A stretch of 64,000 bases of DNA. Source: a bacterium. GTDB lineage: Bacteria; Patescibacteriota; Minisyncoccia; Phycocordibacterales; JAGLPS01. Positions 16,515 to 26,196 of the stretch are shown here, piece by piece (the first letter of the stretch is position 1; every line of letters begins with the position of its first letter). The notes under the pieces are model-generated. The model worked only from the letters and a program-made list of their open reading frames with translations, had not been told where the DNA came from and did no database searches. Location: contig JAUYHB010000027.1 in NCBI GenBank assembly GCA_030690305.1, forward strand, positions 15,670-79,669, given 5' to 3'. The translations under genes were made by a program, and so were the position numbers.

Positions 16515-18260
16515 ATGCAATCGGAAGAAATACGTTCTCGTTTCCTAAAATTTTTTGAAAAGAAAGGACATGCCATTGTTCCTTCTTCTTCGCTTGTGCC
16601 GCAAAACGACCCTTCGGTTCTTTTTACAACCGCCGGAATGCAGCAATTCAAGCCCTACTATACCGCTCCCGAAAATGCCATCAAAGATTTTGGGAATAAA
16701 AATATTGTGACTGTCCAGAAATGCGTGCGCACCGGGGATATTGATGAAGTGGGAGACGAAACACACCTTACCTTTTTTGAAATGCTCGGTAATTTTTCTT
16801 TCGGCGGATATTGGAAAAAAGAAGCGATTGAATATGCTCATGAATTTATCACCAAAGAACTCGGGCTTTCGATAGATTACGTTTCCGTGTTCAAGGACGA
16901 AGTGAGTGGCATACCTGCCGACGAGGAATCCCGTGCTATTTGGGCTGGAATCGACCCTAATCTTGTAATAAAAGAGCACAATCGTCAGGATAATTTCTGG
17001 GGTCCGACGGGGGACGAGGGTCCTTGCGGTCCGACAACTGAAATTTATGTTAATGGCGTAGAAATTTGGAACATTGTATTCAACGAATACTACAAAACCC
17101 GAGAAGGGAAATATGAACCGCTTGCGGTAAAGGGAATTGATACAGGCATGGGGCTTGAACGTCTTGCGGTACAAGTACAGAAAAAAAATGATGTGTACGA
17201 GACTGATTTGTTTGAACCAATTATTTCTTTAATAAAGCAAAAGAGAGAACAGATTCCCGCTGTTTCTATATTAAAAGGAGATCCTAAAAATGATAGTCGT
17301 GAAGAAAGAATAAATCGTATTTTCACTGATCATTTAAAAACAAGCACCTTTTTAATTTCTGATGGTGTTTTACCAAGTAATAAAGACAAGGGCTATATTT
17401 TGAGAAGACTAATGCGTAGGACTATGGGTGAGACACTTTTAGCCCCATTTCACAAAGAAGCTTTTCAGAAAATTGAAAAAATATATAAAAAAACAAACTA
17501 CAAAATTAATCTTCAGATTGTCATTGAGGTCTATGAAAAAGAGTTGGAAAATTTTAAATCTAATCTGGAGAGGGGATTGAAAGAAATAAATAAGAATATC
17601 AACGCTGGTGGGATTGTTACAGGTCAAGAAGCTTTTAATTATTTCTCCACTTACGGGATACCGAAGGAAATGTTTTTAGATTCAATAAGCCACTTAATTT
17701 ATAGTAAAGATGAGAATTTTGAGCAGGACTATGAATTTTCTTATAAAAGGCACCAAGAACTCTCTCGCACATCGTCTGCGGGAATGTTTAAGGGTGGTCT
17801 TGCTAATCACAACGAGAAAACAATCAAGCACCACACCGCACATCACTTGCTCCTGGCTGCGCTTCAGGAAGTGCTGGGCAAAAGTGTAAAACAGAAGGGA
17901 AGTAATATCACCGAGGAACGTCTGCGTATGGATTTTTCTTTCGAAAGGAAAATGACGGATGAGGAAAAAAAGAAAGTTGAGGAAATCGTAAATAATTATA
18001 TTTCCCAAAATCTTTCCGTGATACGGAAAGAAATGCCCCTTGCAGAGGCGGAGAAAATCGGCGCAGAAATGGAGTTTGGCGCAAAATATCCCGATATTGT
18101 TTCCGTTTATCTTATTGAAGATAAACAAGGCAATCCCATCTCTAAAGAATTTTGCGGCGGACCTCATGTTGAGAACACCGGTATCTTAGGAAAATTTAAA
18201 ATTCTCAAAGAAGAGGCGGTTTCCGCCGGGGTACGCAGGATTAAAGCCGTACTTGAGTAA
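16515..18260 (+). CDS. alaS: alanyl-tRNA synthetase, short form (catalytic, tRNA-recognition and editing domains; no C-Ala domain)
   Basis: N-terminal FTTAGMQQFKP class-II core, DTGMGLERLAV, editing-domain HxxxH (HTAHHLL) and CGGPHV. Only 581 aa. Confidence 0.85.
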   Translation: MQSEEIRSRFLKFFEKKGHAIVPSSSLVPQNDPSVLFTTAGMQQFKPYYTAPENAIKDFGNKNIVTVQKCVRTGDIDEVGDETHLTFFEMLGNFSFGGYWKKEAIEYAHEFITKELGLSIDYVSVFKDEVSGIPADEESRAIWAGIDPNLVIKEHNRQDNFWGPTGDEGPCGPTTEIYVNGVEIWNIVFNEYYKTREGKYEPLAVKGIDTGMGLERLAVQVQKKNDVYETDLFEPIISLIKQKREQIPAVSILKGDPKNDSREERINRIFTDHLKTSTFLISDGVLPSNKDKGYILRRLMRRTMGETLLAPFHKEAFQKIEKIYKKTNYKINLQIVIEVYEKELENFKSNLERGLKEINKNINAGGIVTGQEAFNYFSTYGIPKEMFLDSISHLIYSKDENFEQDYEFSYKRHQELSRTSSAGMFKGGLANHNEKTIKHHTAHHLLLAALQEVLGKSVKQKGSNITEERLRMDFSFERKMTDEEKKKVEEIVNNYISQNLSVIRKEMPLAEAEKIGAEMEFGAKYPDIVSVYLIEDKQGNPISKEFCGGPHVENTGILGKFKILKEEAVSAGVRRIKAVLE

Positions 18261-18379
18261 ATCTATCCACTATCTTTCCTCAGGGTAGTTGATAAAATAA
18301 AAGGTAAAGGGAAGAGGCCGATATGTAATCGACTGAGGTTTTTTGTGTACGGCTCTTTTCAAGTTCCGGTCTTTAACCA

Positions 18380-21300
18380 ATGAACGAAAAGTCCACAATA
18401 CAATTTGTCATCTCGGGAGTATTCGTTTTTGCCATGCTTCTCCCAGGCATCGCTTTTTTGGTAGAGCACAAAGATGCTTATGCGGCAGAAAATCCTCTAT
18501 CCCAATTCGTAGAAAATATCGGACAAAGCGGCAAAAGCACGCTTTCTTTTGTTTCCGAAGTGGCGAGAAGCGGAGCGCAACAAGGGGTAAAACAACTCCA
18601 GGAATCCCGCCGAAGAATTTTTGTGCTTTTTGAAAAAAGTCGGGTCCATCTCCGGAATACCTTTGGGGAATTGTATGTCGGTGCTTTCATGCGTGCGCAA
18701 CCCGATTCCAAGGGAAACTTTTTTCTTCGTGCGAATGTTTTCGAAGCAATAGGGGAAATGTTCAATAATCTTTCTATTGGTTTATATAAAGGAGTCAATG
18801 AAATTTTTTCCAGTTTCTTCTCAAGTGAAGAATCATATATCCAGAATAAGGCACCCATAGTACAAGAACCTGTTTCTCCCGCGCCGGTCGCGGAAGAAAA
18901 GGCTGACGAGTCCGCCGCACAAAAAAGCGATTCTTTTCAGGAAACAGCGGAGCAATCCCCGACAGTTGTATATGTTCAGGCTCCACCCAAAACACAACCT
19001 CCTCAAACTGTTACAACTATCATCAAGGAAGTCCCTGCTCCCGACTCTGTTTCCAAAAGCGAATTGGAATCCCGTCTTTCCGCCCTCGCGGCGACGTTGT
19101 TGAGTAAAATTTCTTCAGCCCAAAATACTGCCGTTCAATATTTCTATCCCTCGGTTCCGCAACCTGTTCAACTTCTGAACAAAATAGACAACCTTTCCGG
19201 TGTTACTATCACTTCTTCCTCAATTATCGGTGGAACATGGAGTGATGTTGATATTACAAGCGGTTCAGGGGGTTTCGGAACACTTTCAAGCGATACATTT
19301 TCTAGTGGCGCTGTCACTGTAAGTGGCAGTCTCACATTAAGTACAACAACATCGGGATGTCTTGAGGCAACAAGTAGCGGAGTGGTATGGATTACCGGTA
19401 CCGCTTGCGGAACAGGAAGCGGAGGCGGTTCTTCCTTCGGTCAAGCCTTTGAAATCACCACTAACATTTTCTCCCAAGCTTCTCTCAAGGCAACCTCAAC
19501 AGCCGTTCACAACCTGGTCATTGATGGCACCGGTACATCCACTTTCTCCGGAGGCCTTGAAGTCTGGAGACAAATTGCTGCTCCGTACTTCCAGGCAACA
19601 TCGACCACTATCGCATCACAATTCCCATACGCTTCAACGACGGCACTTACTATCTCGGGTACTGCCTACATTAGTTCTCTCACAGGCCCTCTTCAAGCGC
19701 TGAGTGGTACCGTTTCTGCAACCACAACACTTTCTGCCGCATACGGAGGAACGGGACTCTCGACACTCCCTTCATACGGACAAATTCTCTTAGGTAATGC
19801 GTCAAGCGGATATACCTTAAATGCCACCTCCTCACTTGGCTTTATCGGTGCTGACTACAGAGATTGGAATTTGACCACGAACATCTTTAACCAATCCGTT
19901 CTCGCGCCAACGACAACACAAAACATTCTTGTCTCCGGCACCGGTACCTCCACCTTTGCAGGAAGCATTGAAGCCTGGAGACAAATCGCCGCTCCGTACT
20001 TTCATGCGACTTCTTCTACGGCGACGAGTACGTTTGCGGGGGGACTTACGGTAGATGGTTCAACATTCGTTGTTGACTATTCATCAGGGAATGTGGGCAT
20101 CGGGACGGCAACTACAACTGCCCTTTTCACAGTGTATGGAACAAATCCGATAGCCCACATAAGAAGTTCCAGTCTTAACGATAATGCCAACTCTCCAGCG
20201 ATTGAGCTTACTGAATCTACAGGAACCGAGGACTATGGTTTTCAAATCAAATACCTTGCACAATCAAATCGTTTTGAGATAAATACGGACAGCAGTGGTT
20301 CTAATGGCTTCGGACAGAACGCAGTGTCCATAATGAGAGAGACTCATAATTTTGGTCTTGGTTCCACATCTCCCTACGCCAAATTCTCTGTTGCGGGGAA
20401 AGACACCACTACCACCTTGATAGGAGCGGATGCCGTCTCTGGATTTTCCGGGAACCTTCTTGAACTTAAACTGGCCTCTACTACTGTCTTTATGGTGGAA
20501 GGAGATGGAGATGTACAATTTTTAGATGCTAAAGGAATTTACTTTAATTCTGCGGCCAATGATGCAAATTGGGGTATCGGAAGAAACATTGTGGAAGACA
20601 CCGGTGGGTTTCTCACAAGTAATAACCTTCAGCTAAAAATATACGGCAACTCTACTCCACAGACACAAGGTTTACAGGTAGTGAACCACAACAATGTTGT
20701 GTTGATGGAAATATCGGGGAGTGATGGAAAAACCGTATTTAACGGAAGTGGAAATATAGGTATTGGTACAACTTCACCTTATGCAGTGCTTTCAATACAC
20801 GCAACCTCAACTTCAAATTATGAAAATACCCTTTTTGCTATTGCTTCCTCTACGGCCTCTTTCGCCACCACTACCCACTTTGTTGTTACCGCTGGGGGCA
20901 ACGTCGGCATCAGTACAACAAGTCCGTACGCGAAGTTATCTGTCATCGGGCAAACTGTCGCTGCATACTTTACTGCCACCACAACCTCGGACAACACTTT
21001 CCCAAATCTTCTTTCAACAAATTCAACAACGACAAACGCCACCACCACAACCGCCTCATTCACCACTGCTTCCACAACTAATTTAATTGTCAGCAGTGCG
21101 GGCGGTTCTGCAGGCTGCGCACAATTCAGTATCACAGGCCTTATTTCAAATTCAGGTTCAGCCTGTGGCACGGGCGGAGGATTGTCTTCTTATGACGCTT
21201 GGACACATCCGATAGTGGGGCAATCGGCCACAACTTCTTCGATTGTCGCAGCAGGATTCTTTACAAACTCTAACTCAAACTTCAACGCATCAGTCGGCAT

Positions 21301-22714
21301 CGCATCTTCAACTCCGTGGGCTAAACTCTCCGTCGGTACTCACAACCTCGCCATCGCCACTCCTTCTTTCGTTATTGCTTCTTCTTCAACGGGAGTGGCA
21401 ACGACGACACAATTTATTGTCAAGAATGGTCAGGTAGGCATTGGAGCAACGGCTCCAAATACCGAGAAACTCTATGCCTTTGACAACACAGACTCAACAT
21501 TTGGTGTCATCAGTGCACGCACTGAATCCACTAACTCAGACAATATTGCCATCAATGCTACGGTCGCAGGAGCCGGGACTAATAACATCGCTCTGTATGG
21601 ATGGGCCTCTGATGCAGTAACCAATAACTGGGGTTTGTATATCGAAAGTGGTAACGCACACATTGAAGGCCTTCTTGAAATTGCAACGTTTGCCGCATCT
21701 GATGATAATTCCCGTTGGGTGTGTATCGATGCTTCAGGCGCGTCTACTTTGCAGGCGGGTGTTAACGCTTCCAGTGGCGATTGCGACACTTCCTCTGCCC
21801 GATTTAAACACAATATAGAAACACTTGAAGTCTCGGCTTTGTCCTTGGTTTCCGGGTGGCGACCTGTTTCATTTATATACAATGAGGATCTGGAAGAAAC
21901 AATTATGTGGGGTTTTATCGCGGAGGAAATGGCTTCCAGCAGTCCACAATTGGCATTTTACGATAGTTTAGGTCGTCCCAGAGGACTTCAAAAAAATGCC
22001 ATACTTTCCGTATTGGCCAAAGCGATTCAGGAGCTTAATCTCAACCTGGATAATATTGCCTCTACGACTGCCACATCTACACCGGAATCACAATCATTTG
22101 CAACGAGCTTCTTTAATAATCTCTTCAAGCGATTCACAACATGGTTTGCGGACGCGGCGAATGGCATTGGGGATGTGTTTGCCCGTTCATTCCGCGCAAA
22201 AGAAGAAATTTGTGTGGATGACCAGTGTCTCACGAAAGAGGACGTTCGTTCCCTGCTTACGCTTGCTAACGGCAGCACTGCTTTTGTTGGCGGAGGTAAC
22301 ATTGGCGACGAGGGTGGAAATGTCTCCGGTGACATTTCAGGAAATGGTGGAAACCAAGAGCAAGAAGCCTCCGATACCACTCCTCCTATCATTCTCATCC
22401 AAGGCAATAATCCTGCGGAAATAGCGATAAACACAAGTTACGCCGACCTCGGGGCGTTGATTACTGACGACCAGGACGAAAATCCAACGACGTATACCTA
22501 CCTTAATGGAGCAACCACTACAAGCATTTCAATCGACACATCGGTTGCCGGCACACACACGGTTACATATACCGCGACCGATGACGCTGGAAATACCACG
22601 ACCGTAGAGAGAATTGTAAACATTATGGAAGTGCAGAAAACTGACGATACATCTCCGAACAATAACGCCACGACGACGCAGGAAACCGCAACGTCAACAG
22701 AAAACGTAATATAA
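18380..22714 (+). CDS. giant secreted/surface fibre-like protein (1444 aa) with internal repeats, an internal peptidase-S74 intramolecular-chaperone domain and a C-terminal Ig-like (DUF5011-type) domain
   Basis: N-terminal TM/signal anchor; Ser/Thr/Gly-rich. Repeated NxGIGTxSPYAKLSV-like units (6 or more) and a duplicated GTGTSTF(A/S)G..E.WRQIAAPYF.ATS block. SSARFKHNIE...WGFIAEE...LQKNAILSVLAKAIQEL matches the SDxRxKxNI autoproteolytic chaperone motif of phage tail-fibre/endosialidase C-termini. ...TTPPIILIQGNNPAEIAINTSYADLGALITDD...GTHTVTYTATDDAGNTTTVERIVNI matches the DUF5011 Ig-like fold. Confidence 0.8.
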   Translation: MNEKSTIQFVISGVFVFAMLLPGIAFLVEHKDAYAAENPLSQFVENIGQSGKSTLSFVSEVARSGAQQGVKQLQESRRRIFVLFEKSRVHLRNTFGELYVGAFMRAQPDSKGNFFLRANVFEAIGEMFNNLSIGLYKGVNEIFSSFFSSEESYIQNKAPIVQEPVSPAPVAEEKADESAAQKSDSFQETAEQSPTVVYVQAPPKTQPPQTVTTIIKEVPAPDSVSKSELESRLSALAATLLSKISSAQNTAVQYFYPSVPQPVQLLNKIDNLSGVTITSSSIIGGTWSDVDITSGSGGFGTLSSDTFSSGAVTVSGSLTLSTTTSGCLEATSSGVVWITGTACGTGSGGGSSFGQAFEITTNIFSQASLKATSTAVHNLVIDGTGTSTFSGGLEVWRQIAAPYFQATSTTIASQFPYASTTALTISGTAYISSLTGPLQALSGTVSATTTLSAAYGGTGLSTLPSYGQILLGNASSGYTLNATSSLGFIGADYRDWNLTTNIFNQSVLAPTTTQNILVSGTGTSTFAGSIEAWRQIAAPYFHATSSTATSTFAGGLTVDGSTFVVDYSSGNVGIGTATTTALFTVYGTNPIAHIRSSSLNDNANSPAIELTESTGTEDYGFQIKYLAQSNRFEINTDSSGSNGFGQNAVSIMRETHNFGLGSTSPYAKFSVAGKDTTTTLIGADAVSGFSGNLLELKLASTTVFMVEGDGDVQFLDAKGIYFNSAANDANWGIGRNIVEDTGGFLTSNNLQLKIYGNSTPQTQGLQVVNHNNVVLMEISGSDGKTVFNGSGNIGIGTTSPYAVLSIHATSTSNYENTLFAIASSTASFATTTHFVVTAGGNVGISTTSPYAKLSVIGQTVAAYFTATTTSDNTFPNLLSTNSTTTNATTTTASFTTASTTNLIVSSAGGSAGCAQFSITGLISNSGSACGTGGGLSSYDAWTHPIVGQSATTSSIVAAGFFTNSNSNFNASVGIASSTPWAKLSVGTHNLAIATPSFVIASSSTGVATTTQFIVKNGQVGIGATAPNTEKLYAFDNTDSTFGVISARTESTNSDNIAINATVAGAGTNNIALYGWASDAVTNNWGLYIESGNAHIEGLLEIATFAASDDNSRWVCIDASGASTLQAGVNASSGDCDTSSARFKHNIETLEVSALSLVSGWRPVSFIYNEDLEETIMWGFIAEEMASSSPQLAFYDSLGRPRGLQKNAILSVLAKAIQELNLNLDNIASTTATSTPESQSFATSFFNNLFKRFTTWFADAANGIGDVFARSFRAKEEICVDDQCLTKEDVRSLLTLANGSTAFVGGGNIGDEGGNVSGDISGNGGNQEQEASDTTPPIILIQGNNPAEIAINTSYADLGALITDDQDENPTTYTYLNGATTTSISIDTSVAGTHTVTYTATDDAGNTTTVERIVNIMEVQKTDDTSPNNNATTTQETATSTENVI

Positions 22715-22754
22715 CCAAAGAATCTTTTTAAAAATTGTTGTACTATTTATAATC

Positions 22755-23951
22755 ATGAGTTTCCTTAAGAAAGAATCAAAATCAGAACCCTCCATCATTT
22801 TTGATATCGGTTCCGCCTCCATAAACGCTTCAATAGTTATCTTTTCGGAAACACACCTTCCCCATGTCGTGTATTCTTTAAGGCTTGGTTTGCCGATTAC
22901 CGAACACCCCGATTCCGACAGAATGCTCACTTCTATAGTGAGCCTGATAAAGGATGCTCTCGCGCAACTTGAAAAAGAGGGAATTCCTCTTTTGCACTCC
23001 TATCATCTTTCGGGAAAAGCAATTCGCCATATCCATTGCGTTCTTGCCTCACCTTGGTACGTTTCGCAGACAAAAACTCTTGAAGTGGAACGCAAGTCGC
23101 CGATTGTGATTTCCGAAGATTTTATTTCCGAAATTACCGGAAAGGAAGAAAAGGCGTTCGAAGACTCTATCGCGCATTCCGCATATGCCGACACATTCGA
23201 CAAAAATGTTGTTCTGGCCGAACAAAAAGTAATCCATATCAAACTCAATGGGTATGAAACGAAAAATCCTTATGGCAAAAAATCTTCTCACATTTCTTTT
23301 TCATTTTTCTCAAGTCTTGTGTCAAAAAAGGTAACGGAAAAAATAACCGAAGTTATTTCAAGCTCTTTTGATAAGGACAAAATCAAATTCCACAGTTTTT
23401 GCCTCGCATCGTTCGGCGCCTTTACCGAACTCTTTTCCGAAGTAAAAGATTTTTTGATGATGGATATTACGGGGGAAGTAACCGATGTTTCGCTCGTGCG
23501 AGGGGGAATCATACTTGAAACCGCATCGTTTCCCTCTGGCAGAAATTTTCTCGCGCGACGCATTATGAAGAAAATGAATACGAATGCCGAAGTCGCTCTT
23601 TCGTATCTTTCTTTGTACGCGAACAAAACCGCCGAACCCGCTTTGGCCGTAAAAGTAGAGCAAGTCATAAAAGAAGTCGAAGAGGAGTGGGTGATTTATC
23701 TCAATGAAGTGGCGAAGGACCTTGCCGGTCAAGGCAACGTACTTCCGAGGAAGGTATTTCTCACCGTTGATGACGACGTCGCTCCGGTTTTTCTTTCATA
23801 TCTTAAAAGAAGCGCGTATCCTCTGGACACGTTACCTCTCAACGAAAAACAAACCTCTCATATTGTCGCGATGGAAAAAGGAATGAAAGCCGATCCGTTT
23901 ATCGCGCTTGAAGCCGTATATTTAAACAAAATATTTCATAACAAAAATTAA
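22755..23951 (+). CDS. actin-fold ATPase, FtsA/PilM-like
   Basis: Phosphate-1 motif IIFDIGSASINASIV and phosphate-2-like LMMDITGEVTDVSLV; about 400 aa; followed 15 nt later by a single-pass membrane protein gene. Confidence 0.6.
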   Translation: MSFLKKESKSEPSIIFDIGSASINASIVIFSETHLPHVVYSLRLGLPITEHPDSDRMLTSIVSLIKDALAQLEKEGIPLLHSYHLSGKAIRHIHCVLASPWYVSQTKTLEVERKSPIVISEDFISEITGKEEKAFEDSIAHSAYADTFDKNVVLAEQKVIHIKLNGYETKNPYGKKSSHISFSFFSSLVSKKVTEKITEVISSSFDKDKIKFHSFCLASFGAFTELFSEVKDFLMMDITGEVTDVSLVRGGIILETASFPSGRNFLARRIMKKMNTNAEVALSYLSLYANKTAEPALAVKVEQVIKEVEEEWVIYLNEVAKDLAGQGNVLPRKVFLTVDDDVAPVFLSYLKRSAYPLDTLPLNEKQTSHIVAMEKGMKADPFIALEAVYLNKIFHNKN

Positions 23952-23966
23952 AGGTATAATAGACGT

Positions 23967-25262
23967 ATGGCAAGAAATATCGTTCAAGATGTATTACCTC
24001 CCGATAGGCGCTCCATAAGGGATATTCCGCTACCGAACCGCCGAAAAGAAGAAAGAAAGGCAGAGCCTCCCAAGCAATCCTCCTCACCTTCATCACCGGA
24101 AAAAAACGAAAAGAAAACCCATGTCGCTATTTGGGTTATCGCGGCGCTGTCGGTTATCGTGCTCCTTTTTGCGGTGGCTTCCTTATTTGTCGGTGCAACC
24201 GTTAAAGTTACCCCCCAAACTCAGGAGGTTTTATTCAATAACGCCATCATTCTCTCCGCTTCCCGAGATGCTCTCAATACAAATGCGGCCGCATTTGAAA
24301 TCATGACCCTGAACAAAGAAAAGGGGAAAGAGGTGCCGGCAACCAAAGAAGTGGACGCCCGAGTGAAGGCGTCGGGAACCATTGTAATTTACAACAATCA
24401 CAGCGCGGAAAGTCAGAGGCTGGTTAAAAATACCCGTTTTGAGACTCCCGAAGGTCTTGTATACCGCGTTGCCGAATCGGTGGTTGTGCCCGGAAAAACA
24501 ACCAAAGACGGGAAAACAACGCCCGGTAGTGCGGAATCCGTCGTGTATGCCGATGAACCCGGAGAAAAATACAATATAGGCCTCGCGGATTTTACGATAC
24601 CCGGTTTCAAAGGCTCTCCTCAATACAGCAATTTTTATGCGCGTTCGAAAACACCGATGACGGGAGGGTTTGTCGGTAAAATTAAAGAAGTGGAACAGGG
24701 AACGCTCGCGGAAACAAAACAGGAAATTCAAGGAGCACTCATGTCCGAACTTCTCACCGAAGCGAAAGACCAAATCCCTGAAAATTTCATTCTTTACGAC
24801 GGTGGAGTTTTTTATTCTTTTGAAGATTTACCACAGGGGGCGGGGAGCGCGACTTCCGCCGAAATCCGCCAGAAAGGCACACTATATGGAGTTATGTTTA
24901 AACGGGGCGATTTCATAAATTACCTCGCGCAAAGCATGGTGCCCGAATTCGGTTCCGAAGCGGATTTTCTGGGACTTGATGACCTTGTTCTTTCCATCAA
25001 AGAAAAGAACAATACCAATCCCGAAAGAATGACCGAATTTAAATTTACTTTTGAGGGAAATGGCGTTTTCGTGGCTTTATTTGAAGCTGAAAAGCTGAAA
25101 GTCGACCTTTCCGGAAGAGAACGAAGCGTGGCAAAGGAAATTTTTGGCACCTACTCCTCCATAGCCGAAGCCACGGTAACGGTGATGCCTTTCTGGAGAA
25201 GTATGCTTCCCGAAGACCCCAATAAAATAAAGGTTGAAATCGTTTTACCCGGACGTCGATGA
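23967..25262 (+). CDS. single-pass membrane protein with a basic cytoplasmic N-terminus and a large extracytoplasmic domain (431 aa)
   Basis: Lys/Arg/Pro-rich N-terminus, one TM helix (HVAIWVIAALSVIVLLFAVASLFVGA), then an about 350-aa domain; topology resembles FtsQ/PilN-type partners of actin-like ATPases. Confidence 0.55.
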   Translation: MARNIVQDVLPPDRRSIRDIPLPNRRKEERKAEPPKQSSSPSSPEKNEKKTHVAIWVIAALSVIVLLFAVASLFVGATVKVTPQTQEVLFNNAIILSASRDALNTNAAAFEIMTLNKEKGKEVPATKEVDARVKASGTIVIYNNHSAESQRLVKNTRFETPEGLVYRVAESVVVPGKTTKDGKTTPGSAESVVYADEPGEKYNIGLADFTIPGFKGSPQYSNFYARSKTPMTGGFVGKIKEVEQGTLAETKQEIQGALMSELLTEAKDQIPENFILYDGGVFYSFEDLPQGAGSATSAEIRQKGTLYGVMFKRGDFINYLAQSMVPEFGSEADFLGLDDLVLSIKEKNNTNPERMTEFKFTFEGNGVFVALFEAEKLKVDLSGRERSVAKEIFGTYSSIAEATVTVMPFWRSMLPEDPNKIKVEIVLPGRR

Positions 25263-25267
25263 GAGGG

Positions 25268-25297
25268 TTGACGAACCCTTGCACTTTTTGTTAGTAT
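25268..25297 (+). promoter_or_regulatory. sigma-70-like promoter upstream of a long infA leader
   Basis: TTGACG - 18 nt - TAGTAT, about 130 nt upstream of infA. Confidence 0.35.
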
Positions 25298-25422
25298 GTT
25301 CTCCATTACTTCGCTGAGCGAGGAGCGCCGCGAAAACTTCTTAGTTTTCATGGTGTCCGAGTGATGGCGAAGCAAGGGTAAATGTATCACGGCAAGCCCC
25401 GAGGCACCTTTACTTTAACGTA

Positions 25423-25653
25423 ATGCAGCTTTCAAAAGGAAAAAACTCGGAACTTGAAATTGTCATTGGGACTGTTATTGAAGCGTTGCCAAATACCCAG
25501 TTTCGAGTGGAGGTTCCGGGGAAGGAAAATCTGATACTCGCATATCTTGCGGGGAAGATGCGTATGCATAAAATACGTGTTCTTATCGGAGACAGAGTTG
25601 AAATGGTGCTTGATTTATACGGCGAAAAAGGACGTATTACGAAAAGGTTATAA
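25423..25653 (+). CDS. infA: translation initiation factor IF-1
   Basis: ...[16 protein letters not shown]...GKMR...[16 protein letters not shown]... S1-like fold typical of IF-1; 76 aa. Confidence 0.9.
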   Translation: MQLSKGKNSELEIVIGTVIEALPNTQFRVEVPGKENLILAYLAGKMRMHKIRVLIGDRVEMVLDLYGEKGRITKRL

Positions 25654-25655
25654 AT

Positions 25656-25772
25656 ATGCAGGTAAAATCTTCAATAAAAGCAAGAGGGGCGGGAGACAAA
25701 GTCGTCCGAAGACGAGGGCGTCTATACCGTATTAACAAACTTAAGCCGCGCAATAAGGCCCGTCAGGGTTAA
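25656..25772 (+). CDS. rpmJ: 50S ribosomal protein L36 (zinc-free type)
   Basis: 38-aa [41 protein letters not shown], 2 nt after the infA stop; matches the L36 pattern MKV+.S+K.....K.++R+G+..+I....+.KQRQG without the Cys ligands. Confidence 0.75.
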   Translation: MQVKSSIKARGAGDKVVRRRGRLYRINKLKPRNKARQG

Positions 25773-25807
25773 GCGTGCCTTTATAATTTTTTAATGTAAC
25801 TTTAGAC

Positions 25808-26188
25808 ATGCGTATTTTGGGTATTACCATACCGGATAACAAGAGAATAGAAATCGCCTTGACGGCTCTCTACGGAGTCGGCCGTTCGCGTGCGCACGCC
25901 GTTTTGGATGAAGCGAAAGTCGAATATGGAAAGAAAGCAAAAGAATTGAATGTTGAAGAGGAAAATGCGATACGAAAAGTACTTGAAAAATTTCAGCTTG
26001 AAGGTGATCTGAAACGCACCGTTTCCGGAAATATAAAACGACTCAAGGACATCTCGTCATACCGCGGCGCGCGTCACACAAAAGGTCTTCCCGTTCACGG
26101 ACAGAACTCGCGGACCAACTCCCGAACAAGACGGGGTAACGTAAGAAAGACGATGGGTACCGGAAGACGTAAACTTGAGAAGACATAG
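25808..26188 (+). CDS. rpsM: 30S ribosomal protein S13
   Basis: MRILGITIPDNKRIEIALTALYGVGRSRA... canonical S13 N-terminus. Confidence 0.95.
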   Translation: MRILGITIPDNKRIEIALTALYGVGRSRAHAVLDEAKVEYGKKAKELNVEEENAIRKVLEKFQLEGDLKRTVSGNIKRLKDISSYRGARHTKGLPVHGQNSRTNSRTRRGNVRKTMGTGRRKLEKT

Positions 26189-26196
26189 AAATAAAT

